From the NCBI GenBank assembly GCA_964016885.1, contig OZ024742.1, positions 283,402,001 to 283,466,000 on the forward strand: a stretch of DNA of 64,000 nt, written 5' to 3'. This stretch comes from Eledone cirrhosa (Eukaryota). Below, piece after piece: positions 12,685 through 27,135 of the stretch. Within the stretch, counting starts at the first letter, position 1. Each line of letters begins with the position of its first letter. Under the pieces are notes generated by a model. That model searched no databases and was not told where the DNA came from. It saw nothing but the letters and a program-made list of their open reading frames with translations. Both the position numbers and the translations under genes were made by a program.

Positions 12685-13137
12685 TCAAAGGGCAAAGGAG
12701 CTCTTAAGAGTCAATGGCCATCCAAAATCACCGGGAGAGATGACCCCTTAGCCTTTGTCAAGGCAGAATTCTAGGAGAAGGAAAACTCTGATATAACACC
12801 TGCAACTCTGATGGTATCCAATGATGTTGACTTCTTTTTGGTAAATATCATCTTGGTTAAGAGAGTGGGACTGGTTTTGTGCAGTGCCTTTGCTCACTAT
12901 AAAAGCTTCACGGCACAGGCATTGCTTTATATCTGGAGATCTCTCTGCACTTGTCGTGACATGGTACCATGGGCCCAGCACTATGTGTCAATAATTGTCA
13001 CAAGTGTAGTGTTTGTACCTGAGTTTTCAAGTCGATGGCTGGACTAAAAAGTCACACTCGTTCAGCGCATCAGTAGGGGTTCTCCTACATGGATATAAAG
13101 TAGTGGCCGTACTCGAAAACGAGTTGGCAGCCACCAT
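12685..13137 (+). mobile_element. RTE-associated non-autonomous retroelement copy
   Basis: Head tcaaagggcaaaggagctcttaagagtcaatggccatccaaaa is shared with the LINE 5' UTR at 2645-2708; contains ctaggagaaggaaaactctga. Confidence 0.85.
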
Positions 13138-13155
13138 ATATATATATACATACAA

Positions 13156-13350
<195 letters not shown>

Positions 13351-13364
13351 CATATATACATACA

Positions 13365-13416
<52 letters not shown>

Positions 13417-13462
13417 CATATATACATACAAACATATATATATATATATATATATATGTGTG

Positions 13463-13521
<59 letters not shown>

Positions 13522-13706
13522 TTCGCTACGTGCGTGTGTGTATAATAACCTAGAGGAGTTAGATAAACAATTTATAATATATACAAACAAAGTTACAGAA
13601 ACGATCGAATACAAAAGGCAATAATGTACCAATAGGCGGGAATCGATCTGTCTGTGCAACAAATTAGGAATCCTAATTCATCCTACAGCTAACTTTAACA
13701 CTTTAA

Positions 13707-14390
13707 GGCGGCGAATTGGCAGAGTCGTTAAGACGTCGGATAGAATGCTTTATGGTATTCGTCCCACCTCATTGTTCGCTCTGAGTTCAAATCCCGAGGT
13801 CGATAAAAAAAAATATCAGTCCAGTACTGAGGTCAATTCTTCCTCTATAGAAAAAAATCGGCTGGAGAGGGTTGGGCTCCGCCAGGTTTAACCCTTTAAT
13901 GTTCAAACCGGCCAAAACCGGCCAGAATTCTCTACCTCTTTCTGTTGAAACTGGCTGTAACTGGCTCTTTCCATTCTGAGTTCAAATCCCGCCGAGGTTA
14001 ACTTTGTCTTTCATCCTTACGGGGTCGATAAAATAAAGTACCAGTAATACACTGGGTAATTGCTGGCCTTGTGCCAAAAGTAGAAACAATTATTATTATT
14101 ATTGTTGCTGTTTCTACTTTAGGCACAAGGCCAGCAATTATGCCAGTACATTACTGGTACTTTATGTTATTGACCCCGTAAGGATGAAAGGCAAAGTTAA
14201 CCTCGGCAGGATTTGAACTCAGACCGTAAAGGGACGTAACACTAGAAGAAGAAAAATGATTTCTTTAAAATTTTAAAGTACTTAACTGGTACTTTGTTTT
14301 ATCGAGTACCAGTTAAGTACTAGAGATCGATATAATCGACTTTCCTCTTCCCCCAAATTGCTGGCCTTGTGCCAATGTTAGAAAGAATTA
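13707..14390. mobile_element. Cluster of tRNA-SINE copies including a tail-to-tail pair (+13970-14095, -14110-14243)
   Basis: Same A/B box and core sequence in both orientations. Confidence 0.8.
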
Positions 14391-14556
14391 TTAATGAAAT
14401 AACAATAATAACAGTGACAACAACAATAATAATAATAGTGTGTTAAGTTAGAGGCTTTATTTTGAGGTCAGTGCTTGAGGTCCTGTCTCAACATGTTCAT
14501 ACCACCCACAACTGTTATGGCGGTATATAGCGAAGAGTTAATATTATGTGCGAGAT

Positions 14557-14690
14557 GGTGGTGGTGGTGGTGGTGGTGGTGGTGGTGGTGGTGGTGGTGG
14601 TGGTGGTGATGGTGGTGGTGGTGCTTGTGGTGGTTCTGGTGGTGGTGGTGCTGGTGGTGCTGGTGGTGGTGGTGCTGGTGGTGGTGGTGC

Positions 14691-14721
<31 letters not shown>

Positions 14722-14909
14722 GGTGGTGGTGCTGGTGGTGGTGGTGGTGGTGGTGCTGGTGGTGGTGCTGGTGCTGGTGGTGGTGCTGGTGGTGGTGGTG
14801 GTGGTGGTGGTGGTGGTGGTGGTGGTGATGGTGGTGGTGGTGCTTGTGGTGGTTCTGGTGGTGGTGGTGCTGGTGGTGCTGGTGGTGGTGGTGCTGGTGG
14901 TGGTGGTGC

Positions 14910-14940
<31 letters not shown>

Positions 14941-15167
14941 GGTGGTGGTGCTGGTGGTGGTGGTGGTGGTGGTGCTGGTGGTGCTGGTGGTGGTGGTGGT
15001 GGTGGTGCTGGTGGTGGTGGTGGTGGTGCTTGTGGTGGTTCTGGTGGTGGTGGTGCTGGTGGTGCTGGTGGTGGTGGTGCTGGTGGTGGTGGTGCTGGTG
15101 GTGGTGCTGGTGGTTGTTCTGGTGGTGCTGGTGGTGGTGCTGGTGGTGGTGGTGGTGGTGGTGGTGG

Positions 15168-15198
<31 letters not shown>

Positions 15199-15945
15199 GG
15201 TGGTGGTGCTGGTGGTGGTGCTGGTGGTGCTGGTGGTGGTGGTGGTGCTGGTGGTAGTGCTGGTGGTGGTGCTGGTGGTGGTGCTGCTGGTGGTGGTGCT
15301 GGTGGTGCTGGTGGTGTTGGTGCTGGTGGTGGTGCTGGTGGTAGTGGTGGTGTTGGTGCTGGTGGTAGTGCTGGTGGTGGTGCTGGTGGTGGTAGTGCTG
15401 GTGGTGCTTGTGGTGCTGCTTGTGGTGGTGCTGGTGGTGGTAGTGCTGGTGGTGGTGGTGGTGGTGGTGGTGGTGCTTGTGGTGGTGCTTGTGGTGGTGC
15501 TGGTGGTGGTGGTGGTGGTATTTGTATGAAAGTCTGTGTTGTAGTTAGTATTTGCTAATCGCAGTTGTGGTGATGCTGGTGGTGGTGCTGGTGGTAGTGG
15601 TGGTGTTGGTGCTGGTGGTAGTGCTGGTGGTGGTGCTGGTGGTGGTAGTGCTGGTGGTGCTTGTGGTGCTGCTTGTGGTGGTGCTGGTGGTGGTAGTGCT
15701 GGTGGTGGTGGTGGTGCTGGTGGTGGTGGTGCTGGTGGTGGTGGTGGTGGTGGTGCTGGTGGTGCTGGTGGTGGTGGTGGTGGTGGTGCTGGTGGTGGTG
15801 GTGGTGGTGCTTGTGGTGGTTCTGGTGGTGGTGGTGCTGGTGGTGCTGGTGGTGGTGGTGCTGGTGGTGGTGGTGCTGGTGGTGGTGCTGGTGGTTGTTC
15901 TGGTGGTGCTGGTGGTGGTGCTGGTGGTGGTGGTGGTGGTGGTGG

Positions 15946-15976
<31 letters not shown>

Positions 15977-16635
15977 GGTGGTGGTGCTGGTGGTGGTGCT
16001 GGTGGTGCTGGTGGTGGTGGTGGTGCTGGTGGTAGTGCTGGTGGTGGTGCTGGTGGTGGTGCTGCTGGTGGTGGTGCTGGTGGTGCTGGTGGTGTTGGTG
16101 CTGGTGGTGGTGCTGGTGGTAGTGGTGGTGTTGGTGCTGGTGGTAGTGCTGGTGGTGGTGCTGGTGGTGGTAGTGCTGGTGGTGCTTGTGGTGCTGCTTG
16201 TGGTGGTGCTGGTGGTGGTAGTGCTGGTGGTGGTGGTGGTGGTGGTGGTGGTGCTTGTGGTGGTGCTTGTGGTGGTGCTGGTGGTGGTGGTGGTGGTATT
16301 TGTATGAAAGTCTGTGTTGTAGTTAGTATTTGCTAATCGCAGTTGTGGTGATGCTGGTGGTGGTGCTGGTGGTAGTGGTGGTGTTGGTGCTGGTGGTAGT
16401 GCTGGTGGTGGTGCTGGTGGTGGTAGTGCTGGTGGTGCTTGTGGTGCTGCTTGTGGTGGTGCTGGTGGTGGTAGTGCTGGTGGTGGTGGTGGTGGTGGTG
16501 GTGGTGCTTGTGGTGGTGCTTGTGGTGGTGCTGGTGGTGGTGGTGGTGGTATTTGTATGAAAGTCTGTGTTGTAGTTAGTATTTGCTAATCGCAGTTGTG
16601 GTGATGCTGGTGGTGTGGTGGTGGTGGTGGTGGTT
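14557..16635. repeat. (GGT)n/(GCT) trinucleotide array with higher-order duplication
   Basis: About 2.1 kb of GGT; an identical ~55-bp unique spacer recurs at about 15520, 16298 and 16551. Confidence 0.95.
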
Positions 16636-17593
16636 GCTGATATGATGATCATAATGATGATAATGGTGGTATTATATTGATAATGTTGATGATGATGATG
16701 CTGATGTTGATGATAATAAGAAGAAGAAGAAGGATGAGGAGGGAGAGGAGGTTAAACTTGGTGACAGATTAAGTCCACAACCCCAAAAAATGTTAATGCA
16801 AAGAACTGGAACAAACACCGCAAGGCATCCCAGCGGGTGCTCTAACAATACTGGCAATTCAACCACCTGAAAGAATGAAAAGCAAAGTTCACCTCCGCGA
16901 GCCAGAACAAATACCACAAGGCATCAAAATCTGACTCCCTAACAATACCACCAATCCACTATCCTGAACTGTAATTTTTTTATCAGGCCTTAAAGAATGA
17001 AAGGCAAAGTTAACCTTAGTAGTATTTGAACTCAGGGCGCACAGAGTTGGAATAAATACTGTAAGTTGTTTCATTCTATGCTCTAAAGACTCAGCCAAGG
17101 CATACCCGGACCCCGTACTGCCGAGCCCCTCCGCAAGATCGGAACGTCAGTGACCCGTCTAAGGAAGGAGCCTCGCGAGGTTGTGGGAGAGCTGTTGCAG
17201 CGGGTGTCGCTGGCCATTGTCCCCAAGAATGCTTTTGTCTGCGCAGCCCCAGAGACCATCACCCTCCCACTTCCCTCTGCCATTCTTCTGTGACACAAGA
17301 ACACTTGCTTTTCCCTTCCTTTTCCGTTTTTATATTTTCTTATTTTACATTCCATTCTTCCTTCTCAATCTATCTTTTTGCCAGTAATTCAAATAACCAG
17401 TCTTGTCACGCTATTTAGCATCTTACTGAATCTTTCTGAGAATTGGGTTAAGGATACACGTGTCAGTAGAGTGCTCAGTAACTCATACGTTAATTTCATG
17501 AGGCGGCCCATTCAAAAATATCACAACGTAGGAACATAATGTCCGCCGGTTATTTCAGCATTAGCAACCGTAATACATCGGTATCCATATCAC

Positions 17594-17676
<83 letters not shown>

Positions 17677-17843
17677 CTCACACTCCTCGATTCTATAGCC
17701 CAACCAGTGTTGCTATATTGATCAATCGCATAAATTATGCACACAGACACACACACCTATGCACAGACACACGCAACACACGTATGCACAGACACACACA
17801 CACAACACTCATATGCACAGACACACACACACACATATGCACA

Positions 17844-17974
<131 letters not shown>

Positions 17975-18011
17975 ATATTATTTACATGAGCTAGATAAAC
18001 AAATATATGGG

Positions 18012-18080
<69 letters not shown>

Positions 18081-20935
18081 TTCTTTATTTGCCACAAGGG
18101 CGCACAAGGAAAGGGGACAATACAAAGACACATGCCGGATTATAACAATCGAAATCCCCAATAGGAGGCACCACAAATGGGTTGTTTAATACCCCGTCGA
18201 TAGAACAACCCTCAATTTCAGGAGCGTGTTGTGCAAGTGCTCCTTTCTTCCTTTTGCTCTCTTCTTCAACCTACAGGCTTATAAACAGAGAAGGCCCAAT
18301 CACTCGCGCCATTTTCGCTTCATTCACCCACCTTTCAATAAATTTACTGGGATGCAGTGCCTCTCTCTCCATACTGATTCTTCTTCTAAAGTGATACTTA
18401 AAGAAGGGAATCATTGTTGTCCGGAGAGAAAGGCATCTGTCCTCAGTCCTCTCAACCTCGTCCACCATATAACCTCTTTCACCATAGCCACCGTACAGAG
18501 GAAAACCGCCTCTCTTTCGTTTTTGAAAGAGGCTGGCGGTTTGATCCTTACTATGGACTCGGCAGCAAACTGGATTTGTCCCATACGCGACAGCAGTTAT
18601 TCTGCATAGTTCCACAGGTCGCTTACGTCCGGGCAGTGTACAATTGCGTGCAAGACGGTTTCAGTGTCCTGCTCGCATCTTGGACACGTCCTCTTGGAAG
18701 GATCCCTGCCAGGGCGTCCGTGCCTGTAGATCTTGTCTCGAACGGGTAGAACTCCTCGGTAGCACTGCCAGGCCAGGGACCTCTGAAAGTTGTCCATAGA
18801 TCCCGAGCAAAAGTCCTACCGAACAGACAGGTGAGCTCGTCGTCTTCGTCGCCTAGAGTCTCCCCGAGCACGTGGTCGCACTTGTAAAGTACTAACCCTC
18901 TATAGAATGTCGGAGTGGAGTCTCCACTGATTGCTGTGCCCGCTTGACAGAGGACTGTGAGCACCTGGGCGCATTCAATGTGCCAGGCGCACATCTTCTT
19001 CGGTCTTCGCTTGACCCACGACTGCAGCTCCGTCAGCGAGACAAGTTGTGGGAAGGCCTGTCTCACAAACGGTGCCCACACCGGTTGGTCGGTAAGGAAT
19101 ACCTGGAGATGCCGTAGCCTCAGCGCATGTTTGCGCATCATTAGCCACGGCATGCCCAGCCCTCCGTTGGAAGGGTGTTGACAGCAGACAGATCTCCTCA
19201 CCAGTGGAGCCTGCTTCTTACACAGGAACTGGAACAGCATGCGCTCCATCTTGGTGAGGTATTCACGGCGACAAGGCACGACAGTCAAGTGGTAGTAGAT
19301 GACGGACGCTATGAAAGTGTTCTCCACCTCCGCTCGACCTTTCAAAGACAGTTTGCACTCTGCCCACTTCTGGGTGTGCGCAAACACCTTGGCCATGACC
19401 TAGTTCCAGTTTTTCTCCACCTGGAGCTCTGGACCGAACCAGACCCCGAGCAATTTCACTGGTCCTTCCGTCCTGCGTCCGACGACGCTGTTGGGCGGCA
19501 TCGGTTTGCCTCCACGTTCCGAGTTGCAAACCGACAGACTTATCCGGGTTTAGTTTTGCTCCCGCCAGCGTTTCGTATTCCTGTAGTAGGTTGCCGATTA
19601 CCTCGATTTCCGAGGTTTTTACACCATTACCGTCACGTCGTCGGCAAAAGCCGACGCCGCTTTTCGCAGTCCCGGTTCTAAAGGGATGCCCTGCAAAAGC
19701 TCCAACTTCCGCAGTAGTGGCTCTTGAGTCAATACGTACAGAATGGAGGAGAGAGGGTGTCCCTGTCGAATGGAACGCGTAATTGCGAACGGCTCCGATA
19801 GGTAGCCGTTCACCTTGACCTTCGAGCAGATGCTGGTGTGCTTCGCCTTGATCCAGCCTCTGAAAACGGGACCGATACCGGCCGCTTTGAAAACCGCTTC
19901 CAAGTATCGATGGTCGACCCTATCGAATGCCTTAGACTGATCTAAATTGATCAGAGCCCCACCGAAGCCGGGTTTACACCCCACCTCCTCTATGATGTAT
20001 CGCATGAAGTGGAGGTTGTCGTGTATGGACGTCGGGATTGCACACGTTTGCGCTTTCCCTACCAGGTTTTCGACGACAAGCGCCAGCCTCGTTGCTAGCA
20101 CCTTGGCCAAAATCTTTAACTCTGTGTTGAGCAGAGTTATGGGCCTGAAATTGTTTATTTCGTCCCCCTTGTTCTCGTCTTTCCTGATCAGTGTTACTAC
20201 GCCCTTGCCTGCAGAATTGGGAATTGTCCCGTTCTGCTGCCAATTGCAGTAGACGGCTTCGAGGACGCCAGAGAACAAGTCTGGCATGCCTATGCAAAAC
20301 TCATAGGGTAGACCATCTAGACCGGATGATTTGCGTTTCCCGCAGCGGCCCAGAGCGTCCTATATCTCAGTGGCTGTGATCGGTCTTTCGCAGAACTCGG
20401 CGTCCATGAGAGACGCGGCAGGCCGTCGAGGTATGAACCGAAGTCCATTGCCCCGTTCAGTGCACCGTCGTTCTGTTCAAACAGTCACGCAAAGTGCCGC
20501 TGAAAGGCCACGCACATCTGCCTGGGGTCAAGTAGCACGCGTGCGTTTTGATCTTTCAAAGACGGAATCGTGGACTTGTTGCCACTTTTCGCTTCCGCCA
20601 CTCGGGCCCAGCTAACAGCTTTTGCTCCCTCGTTTCCTAGAGCACGTGATTTACTTCTGACCACGCAGCCTTCGTGTTTCGCGTCGAAGAACTGGTCCAG
20701 GGCTGTTCTCGATGCTAGCACTCTAGATGCGTTGCCACTCTTAAGCGCCTCTTCTACCTTGGCTACTAGTTTTGTTTCTGATTTGTTTTTCTCTAAAGCT
20801 AACTCTCTGCTAAACCCTATCGATTCTACTCTAATTGCTCTCTTGAGAGAGTACCACCATCTATTGTTGACGATGGCTCCCGTGAACTCTTGCTTAACTA
20901 ATCTACTTATCCATTCACTCTACTTCGCTATTAAG
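18012..20935 (-). mobile_element. 5'-truncated L1/Tx1-clade LINE ORF2 (RT + CCHC knuckle) with (TCTA)n tail
   Basis: NFRPITLLNTELKILAK, LDQSKAFDRV, RQGHPLS, AFADDVT, CPRC....ETVLHAIVHC; several frameshifts; (GATA)n at 18012-18080. Confidence 0.9.
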
Positions 20936-20974
20936 TAGTTTTTCTCCTGTCCGTCAATAATACACGTATATATA

Positions 20975-21069
<95 letters not shown>

Positions 21070-21244
21070 AAAATAACAGATTCAAGTTTAAGCAAAAATC
21101 GCTGCTTTCACCCTTAAAGGGATCTTCTGAAACTCTTCTGAAATATTTGCTCTACTGTTTTTATATATATTTATATATATTTATATATATATTATCCTTA
21201 ACGAGCCCTCTTCGGATTTTAGTCTTCACATTTATCATTATTGC

Positions 21245-21275
<31 letters not shown>

Positions 21276-21465
21276 TCTCTCCCAAGGTAACTCTCTCTCG
21301 TGTTGTTATTTTTATTAACCTTTATACTCTTTCCTTCATTCTTCCACACATCTCATACACGCCACGCATCTCAACGTACACCCACTTACATCTCTCTCTC
21401 CACCACCGGATCTTGTTACCCGGAGATTTACCCATTTGCATTGTCGAGGCTTCCAAACGGCTTAA

Positions 21466-21531
<66 letters not shown>

Positions 21532-21748
21532 TATATATATACTCCGCTACCATCATTCCGCTATTCTTCTAAACTGCTATACCACTATTCCTCAATAGTG
21601 ATACATAAACGAGGAAAAAAAAAATGAAATTGTTAAGTTTTGTTTAAGCAGCACTTAAAGAATCTATCGTAAACATAATTGATAACAATGTATCAATAGT
21701 GTTTGCTGATCAATGTATTTTTGAATAGATTCATTTATTGCTGCACTC

Positions 21749-21766
21749 GGTCACCAGATGGCACTA
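21749..21766 (+). promoter_or_regulatory. Candidate CTCF-binding motif
   Basis: GGTCACCAGATGGCACTA resembles the CTCF core CCAC(C/T)AG(A/G)(T/G)GGC(G/A)CTA, in non-repeat AT-rich intron sequence. Confidence 0.35.
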
Positions 21767-22802
21767 TAGCTGTTGTTGTTTTTATCTTTGTCTTTTTCTT
21801 TATTTATTTATGTCTGGTGCAACCTCTGTCGATTCCATCGATGTGTGTGGTGTTAAATCTATCCAGGGGAAAATAAAAATATAACATTTCTTTTCCGTTT
21901 TTTCTTTTGGTAATTCTTTTTGAATTAACTTTTTTTTTTTCAACTTTTGACTTTGACAAAACAATTACTTAATTAAATCATTACTTACTTGATTAATTAA
22001 TTAAATAATTGATTTTCAATGCATTTCCTCTAATACTACTACTATTACTACTTCTACTACAATGGTTTCTGTTCCATTTCACATTATATAAGCATATAAT
22101 CACGTACCAGTAAGAAAGAATCTACGCGGTTTCTCGACGTTGCTAGGAATAGCAACCCCTACCCCGTCTTAGTAAAGAAACGATACATTAGATAATGTAG
22201 TCCTAGCTACAGACAAATCTCACTCTGTTCGTACCCTACAGTATTAGATAAGAACATGTTGTATATATAATGTGGTTCTGGATTACTTGAAGGTGGGGAA
22301 AGGCCAAGAGGGTCACGACTGGAATACCTTTGAGCTTAGGTCTGTCGATCACAATTGACCTGATAGCAAACAACAATATGACAGACCCTTCTCTTTGGTT
22401 CTGGTTGATCATGGCTTTTCACATGGAGCATTCCTCTCCAAGGTTGAACAAATGTTTTGTGGAAGACCAGGAATCACCTATGCATACAGGTTTCATTTCT
22501 CATAACCACTAAATTTGTCCAAAGGAAAGATGAGACCAATACAGATTGGTACTAATGGCGTTTCAGGTAAACGCAAAATGTAAAGCACCGAAAAAATAGC
22601 ACAAAGTATCACGTTTGATCTCTAACAATTTCAACCAATCCGCCAACAACAACAAGGAGTGAAAATGAATGTGGCCAAATCTCCCTTAAATCATGCCCTA
22701 CAGCCTTAAAAAGAGGATATGTATAGTTAGGATAATGGAATCGTGAATATTATACCTTTAAAAAAAAGATACGTTGGTTATAACTTTAATACCTTTGATC
22801 AT

Positions 22803-23070
22803 AGGCGGTGAATTAGCAGAGTTGTTAGAACGTCAGATAGAAAGCTTTGTGGTATTGGTTCCGGCTCTCTGCTCTCGGAGTTCAAATCTCGCCGAGGTCA
22901 ACTTTGCCTTTCATGCTTTCGAGGTCGATAAACAAAAGTTCTAATCTAGTACTGGGATGGATTCTTCCTCTATATATCTTTCTAATTTCCTTTCTCTCAC
23001 TTTCTATATTTCTCTAGAAGAAATCTGCTGTACTCAGGCCTGGAGAGGGATGGGCTCTGCCAGGTTTTAA
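22803..23070 (+). mobile_element. tRNA-derived SINE variant with a different 3' tail
   Basis: Same head and core; tail ctcaggcctggagagggatgggctctgccagg also at 13860-13890 and 38598-38632. Confidence 0.7.
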
Positions 23071-23298
23071 AAAGAAATACCCAAGAAACGCCGTATGTCA
23101 ATACGGCGCCCCTACGACTGTATCACGGGTTACAGTATTATACACATACACCTTTGATCATAGGCTTGCTTGATTAAGACTGAGTTACGGGCAGGGGGGT
23201 TAAACAACATCAACAACAACAGTAACTACGACTACAGTACCAGCAACAACAACTATAGCAACATACAGTCAACGTGATTCCTATTATCTCTATTTCAG

Positions 23299-23397
23299 GA
23301 TGGACGAACAGCATTGGCAATGGCAGCCGTCTCTACGAAAGAAGATGTGGTGAAACTACTTGTGTCTAAGAAAGCAGACGCCTTACTACCTGGAGGT
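23299..23397 (+). CDS. nompC: NompC exon A, 99 nt: DGRTALAMAAVSTKEDVVKLLVSKKADALLPGG
   Basis: Acceptor tatttcag, donor gtaagt, ankyrin repeat, phase 0/0. Confidence 0.9.
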
Positions 23398-23424
23398 GTA
23401 AGTACCTTACCACAGAAATACATG

Positions 23425-23533
<109 letters not shown>

Positions 23534-23781
23534 GTGTGTGTGTGTGCGCGCAAGTGTGTTTGCGTGTGTGTGCATTGTAACATATGTACGTTACACGTAT
23601 TGAAAGCATTAAACCAATATTTTAAACAAACATTCTGAATTAATTTCTTCAAATACAAAAATATCTTCTTCTTCTTCTTCTTCTTCTTCTTCTTCTTCTT
23701 CTTCTTCTTCTTCTTCTTCTTTGTATATATATATCAAATAATGTTAACTAAGACAGGATTAAATCACCATAATTCTTTATT

Positions 23782-23832
23782 GCATTATGTATATTTCTGT
23801 TACATGGTTATTCATGTGACTTCGTCAGATGC
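23782..23832 (-). ncRNA. Minimal type I hammerhead ribozyme
   Basis: Minus strand: gcat CTGACGA agtcacatgaataaccatgtaaca GAAA tataca T A atgc; stem I gcat/atgc. Confidence 0.75.
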
Positions 23833-23951
23833 TTACGCAATCATTGTGATATGCCGGTGGCCATGCACGTCCATCCAGTAGTGAAGCGCTAGGACCTGCT
23901 TATCACCAGGAAGTTACAACGTAACAACTAAGATAAACAACACTCTCCTGC

Positions 23952-23992
<41 letters not shown>

Positions 23993-24139
23993 GTATATGT
24001 TGGTTGTTTACCGACACCTCAGTAATCAGATTGGTGCACTCGACGAAGAACGCTGGTTGGTTTGTTTAATCCGGAGTAATGTAAAATAATTAAGTCAAAT
24101 ATTTAAAATTTGGCTTCGTTTATTATAAATTATCGATAT

Positions 24140-24192
24140 ACTGCTATATGTTTCGGTCACAGCCATCAGTGGCTGTGACTTCTTCAGGCAGT
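24140..24192 (-). ncRNA. Minimal type I hammerhead ribozyme
   Basis: Minus strand: actgc CTGAAGA agtcacagcca-ctga-tggctgtgacc GAAA cata T A gcagt; stem I actgc/gcagt, 10-bp stem II. Confidence 0.78.
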
Positions 24193-24327
24193 CCGAATTG
24201 GTGTGGGAAAGACAGGTACACATGCTGTTGAAGAGTGTTTTACTCCGTCAATACATCGATATGTCCAGCTCCTGGTTGTGTTGTTATTTCTCTGAGGAGA
24301 AATATATATATATATGTGTGTGTATAC

Positions 24328-24394
<67 letters not shown>

Positions 24395-24433
24395 AAATGT
24401 GGTAAAATACATACATATATATATATATGCATA

Positions 24434-24558
<125 letters not shown>

Positions 24559-24630
24559 TGTGGTAAAATATCAGGTGGAACATAACTCACTAGAGTATTT
24601 GATACTTGGGGTAGTAGAGTGGGTAATAGG

Positions 24631-24741
24631 GAAAGAGTCAGGATCTCGACGACTAAGCTGCGGTCGTTTCGACAGTTAGATCCGTTCGGATCTAGCTATA
24701 GAAACGGCCGGAGCTCAGCCTTCGGGGTCCTGAATCTGTTC
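24631..24741. repeat. Imperfect ~55-bp-arm palindrome carrying two 3' half-hammerheads
   Basis: Centre agatccg-tt-cggatct; related single copy at 27545-27600. Confidence 0.65.
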
Positions 24742-24748
24742 ATATATA

Positions 24749-25849
<1,101 letters not shown>

Positions 25850-26119
25850 TTTTCCAAAGTGCTTTTCTCCTGTAAGAAATGTTTCCATTTCTTCCTTTTC
25901 TTACTCTAGATTATCCTTCTATTTCTTTTATCTCTCATTCTATCTTCTGGTGGAGGACTAACATCCGGAACGTTAAGACTCTTTCCCTATCATATCAAGC
26001 ATTAATCTAATGTATAATGCCATTCTACTGTATTGTTCTATGTGTGAATGTATGCATGCATGGATGTATGGATGTTTTTTTTTTGTTTTGTTTTTTGTTT
26101 TTTTGTGTGTGTTTTTTAA

Positions 26120-26945
26120 ACCTGGGAATGAAAGGCCCTCAGTTGTTGTCACAACACCTTTCTAGGAGAGGAAAACTCTGAAAAAAAACCTACAGCTTTG
26201 GAAGTATCCGATAATCTTGACCAGTTCTCCTTTTCGGGTAGTGTTTTCGATGCTCAGAAAGTGGGATTTGTCGAGTGCAAGGCTCTTTCCCACTTAAAAA
26301 CCCTTCAAAGCATTGCTTGTTTATGATATGTTACAGGTTCATGTGGCTGGCCGTAGCCTAAAAGTTCACCAAACTCTATAATCTGACAATCGATTGCAAT
26401 ATTCTTAGCAGAGTTTGCAGCCATCATGTATGTATGTATGTGTATGTGTGTGTGTATGTATGTTACATGAAAGGATAACCACCTGCAACACCACCCAACA
26501 AAGACTTGGCGAAACAACAAAGTGTATAGAACTAGTTCCGGACTAAAAAAAGCACATGGTGGTACATAAAGATTGTGTCTCACAAGGTGACCCCACCGGT
26601 CCTGTGAAAAGCACAACTCTCTTCTGTCACCTGTATTGTAAAACTATGCAGGGCTACAGCTGGTCTACAAAGTCATCAACGATGTCATGGACGCGGATGG
26701 GATGACAATGAAGAATCAATAAAAGACGGCAATCGGCTGTGAAGACGCTGCAATCCTCCTCATGCATGTATATATGTATGTATGTATATATGCCAGGTCA
26801 TTCTTGAGTGCTACTGGTAACATGTAACCTAGTACAACCTGTCGCATTGGTGAGGAGGGTGAAATTCGGAAATCCTGCAGGACAAAAAACAAAACTTGAC
26901 AAAGGGTGGAAGAGCTCATAAGAGTCAACGGCCATCCAAAAATGT
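26120..26945 (+). mobile_element. Patchwork of RTE-associated SINE and RTE fragments
   Basis: 26120-26428 matches 1-280; 26792-26940 matches the LINE 5' head at 2498-2708. Confidence 0.65.
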
Positions 26946-26974
26946 GTAAATATGTATATACATGTATACATGTG

Positions 26975-27095
<121 letters not shown>

Positions 27096-27135
27096 ATATA
27101 CACGGGTGTGTATGATTGTGTATATAAGATTATAT

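Noticed and set aside
15520-16610. CRISPR-like repeat-spacer appearance
   Set aside because: The intervening sequence is GGT microsatellite of unequal length, there are no cas genes, and the context is eukaryotic.
14546-16652. Poly-Gly / poly-Val / poly-Trp ORFs resembling a glycine-rich structural protein
   Set aside because: Translation of a GGT microsatellite, open in all frames with no codon variety.
25943-25978. Sense-strand hammerhead-like tctt ctggtgga gga-ctaaca-tcc ggaa cg tt aaga
   Set aside because: Stems fit but both catalytic boxes are mutated; treated as a dead relic, not annotated.
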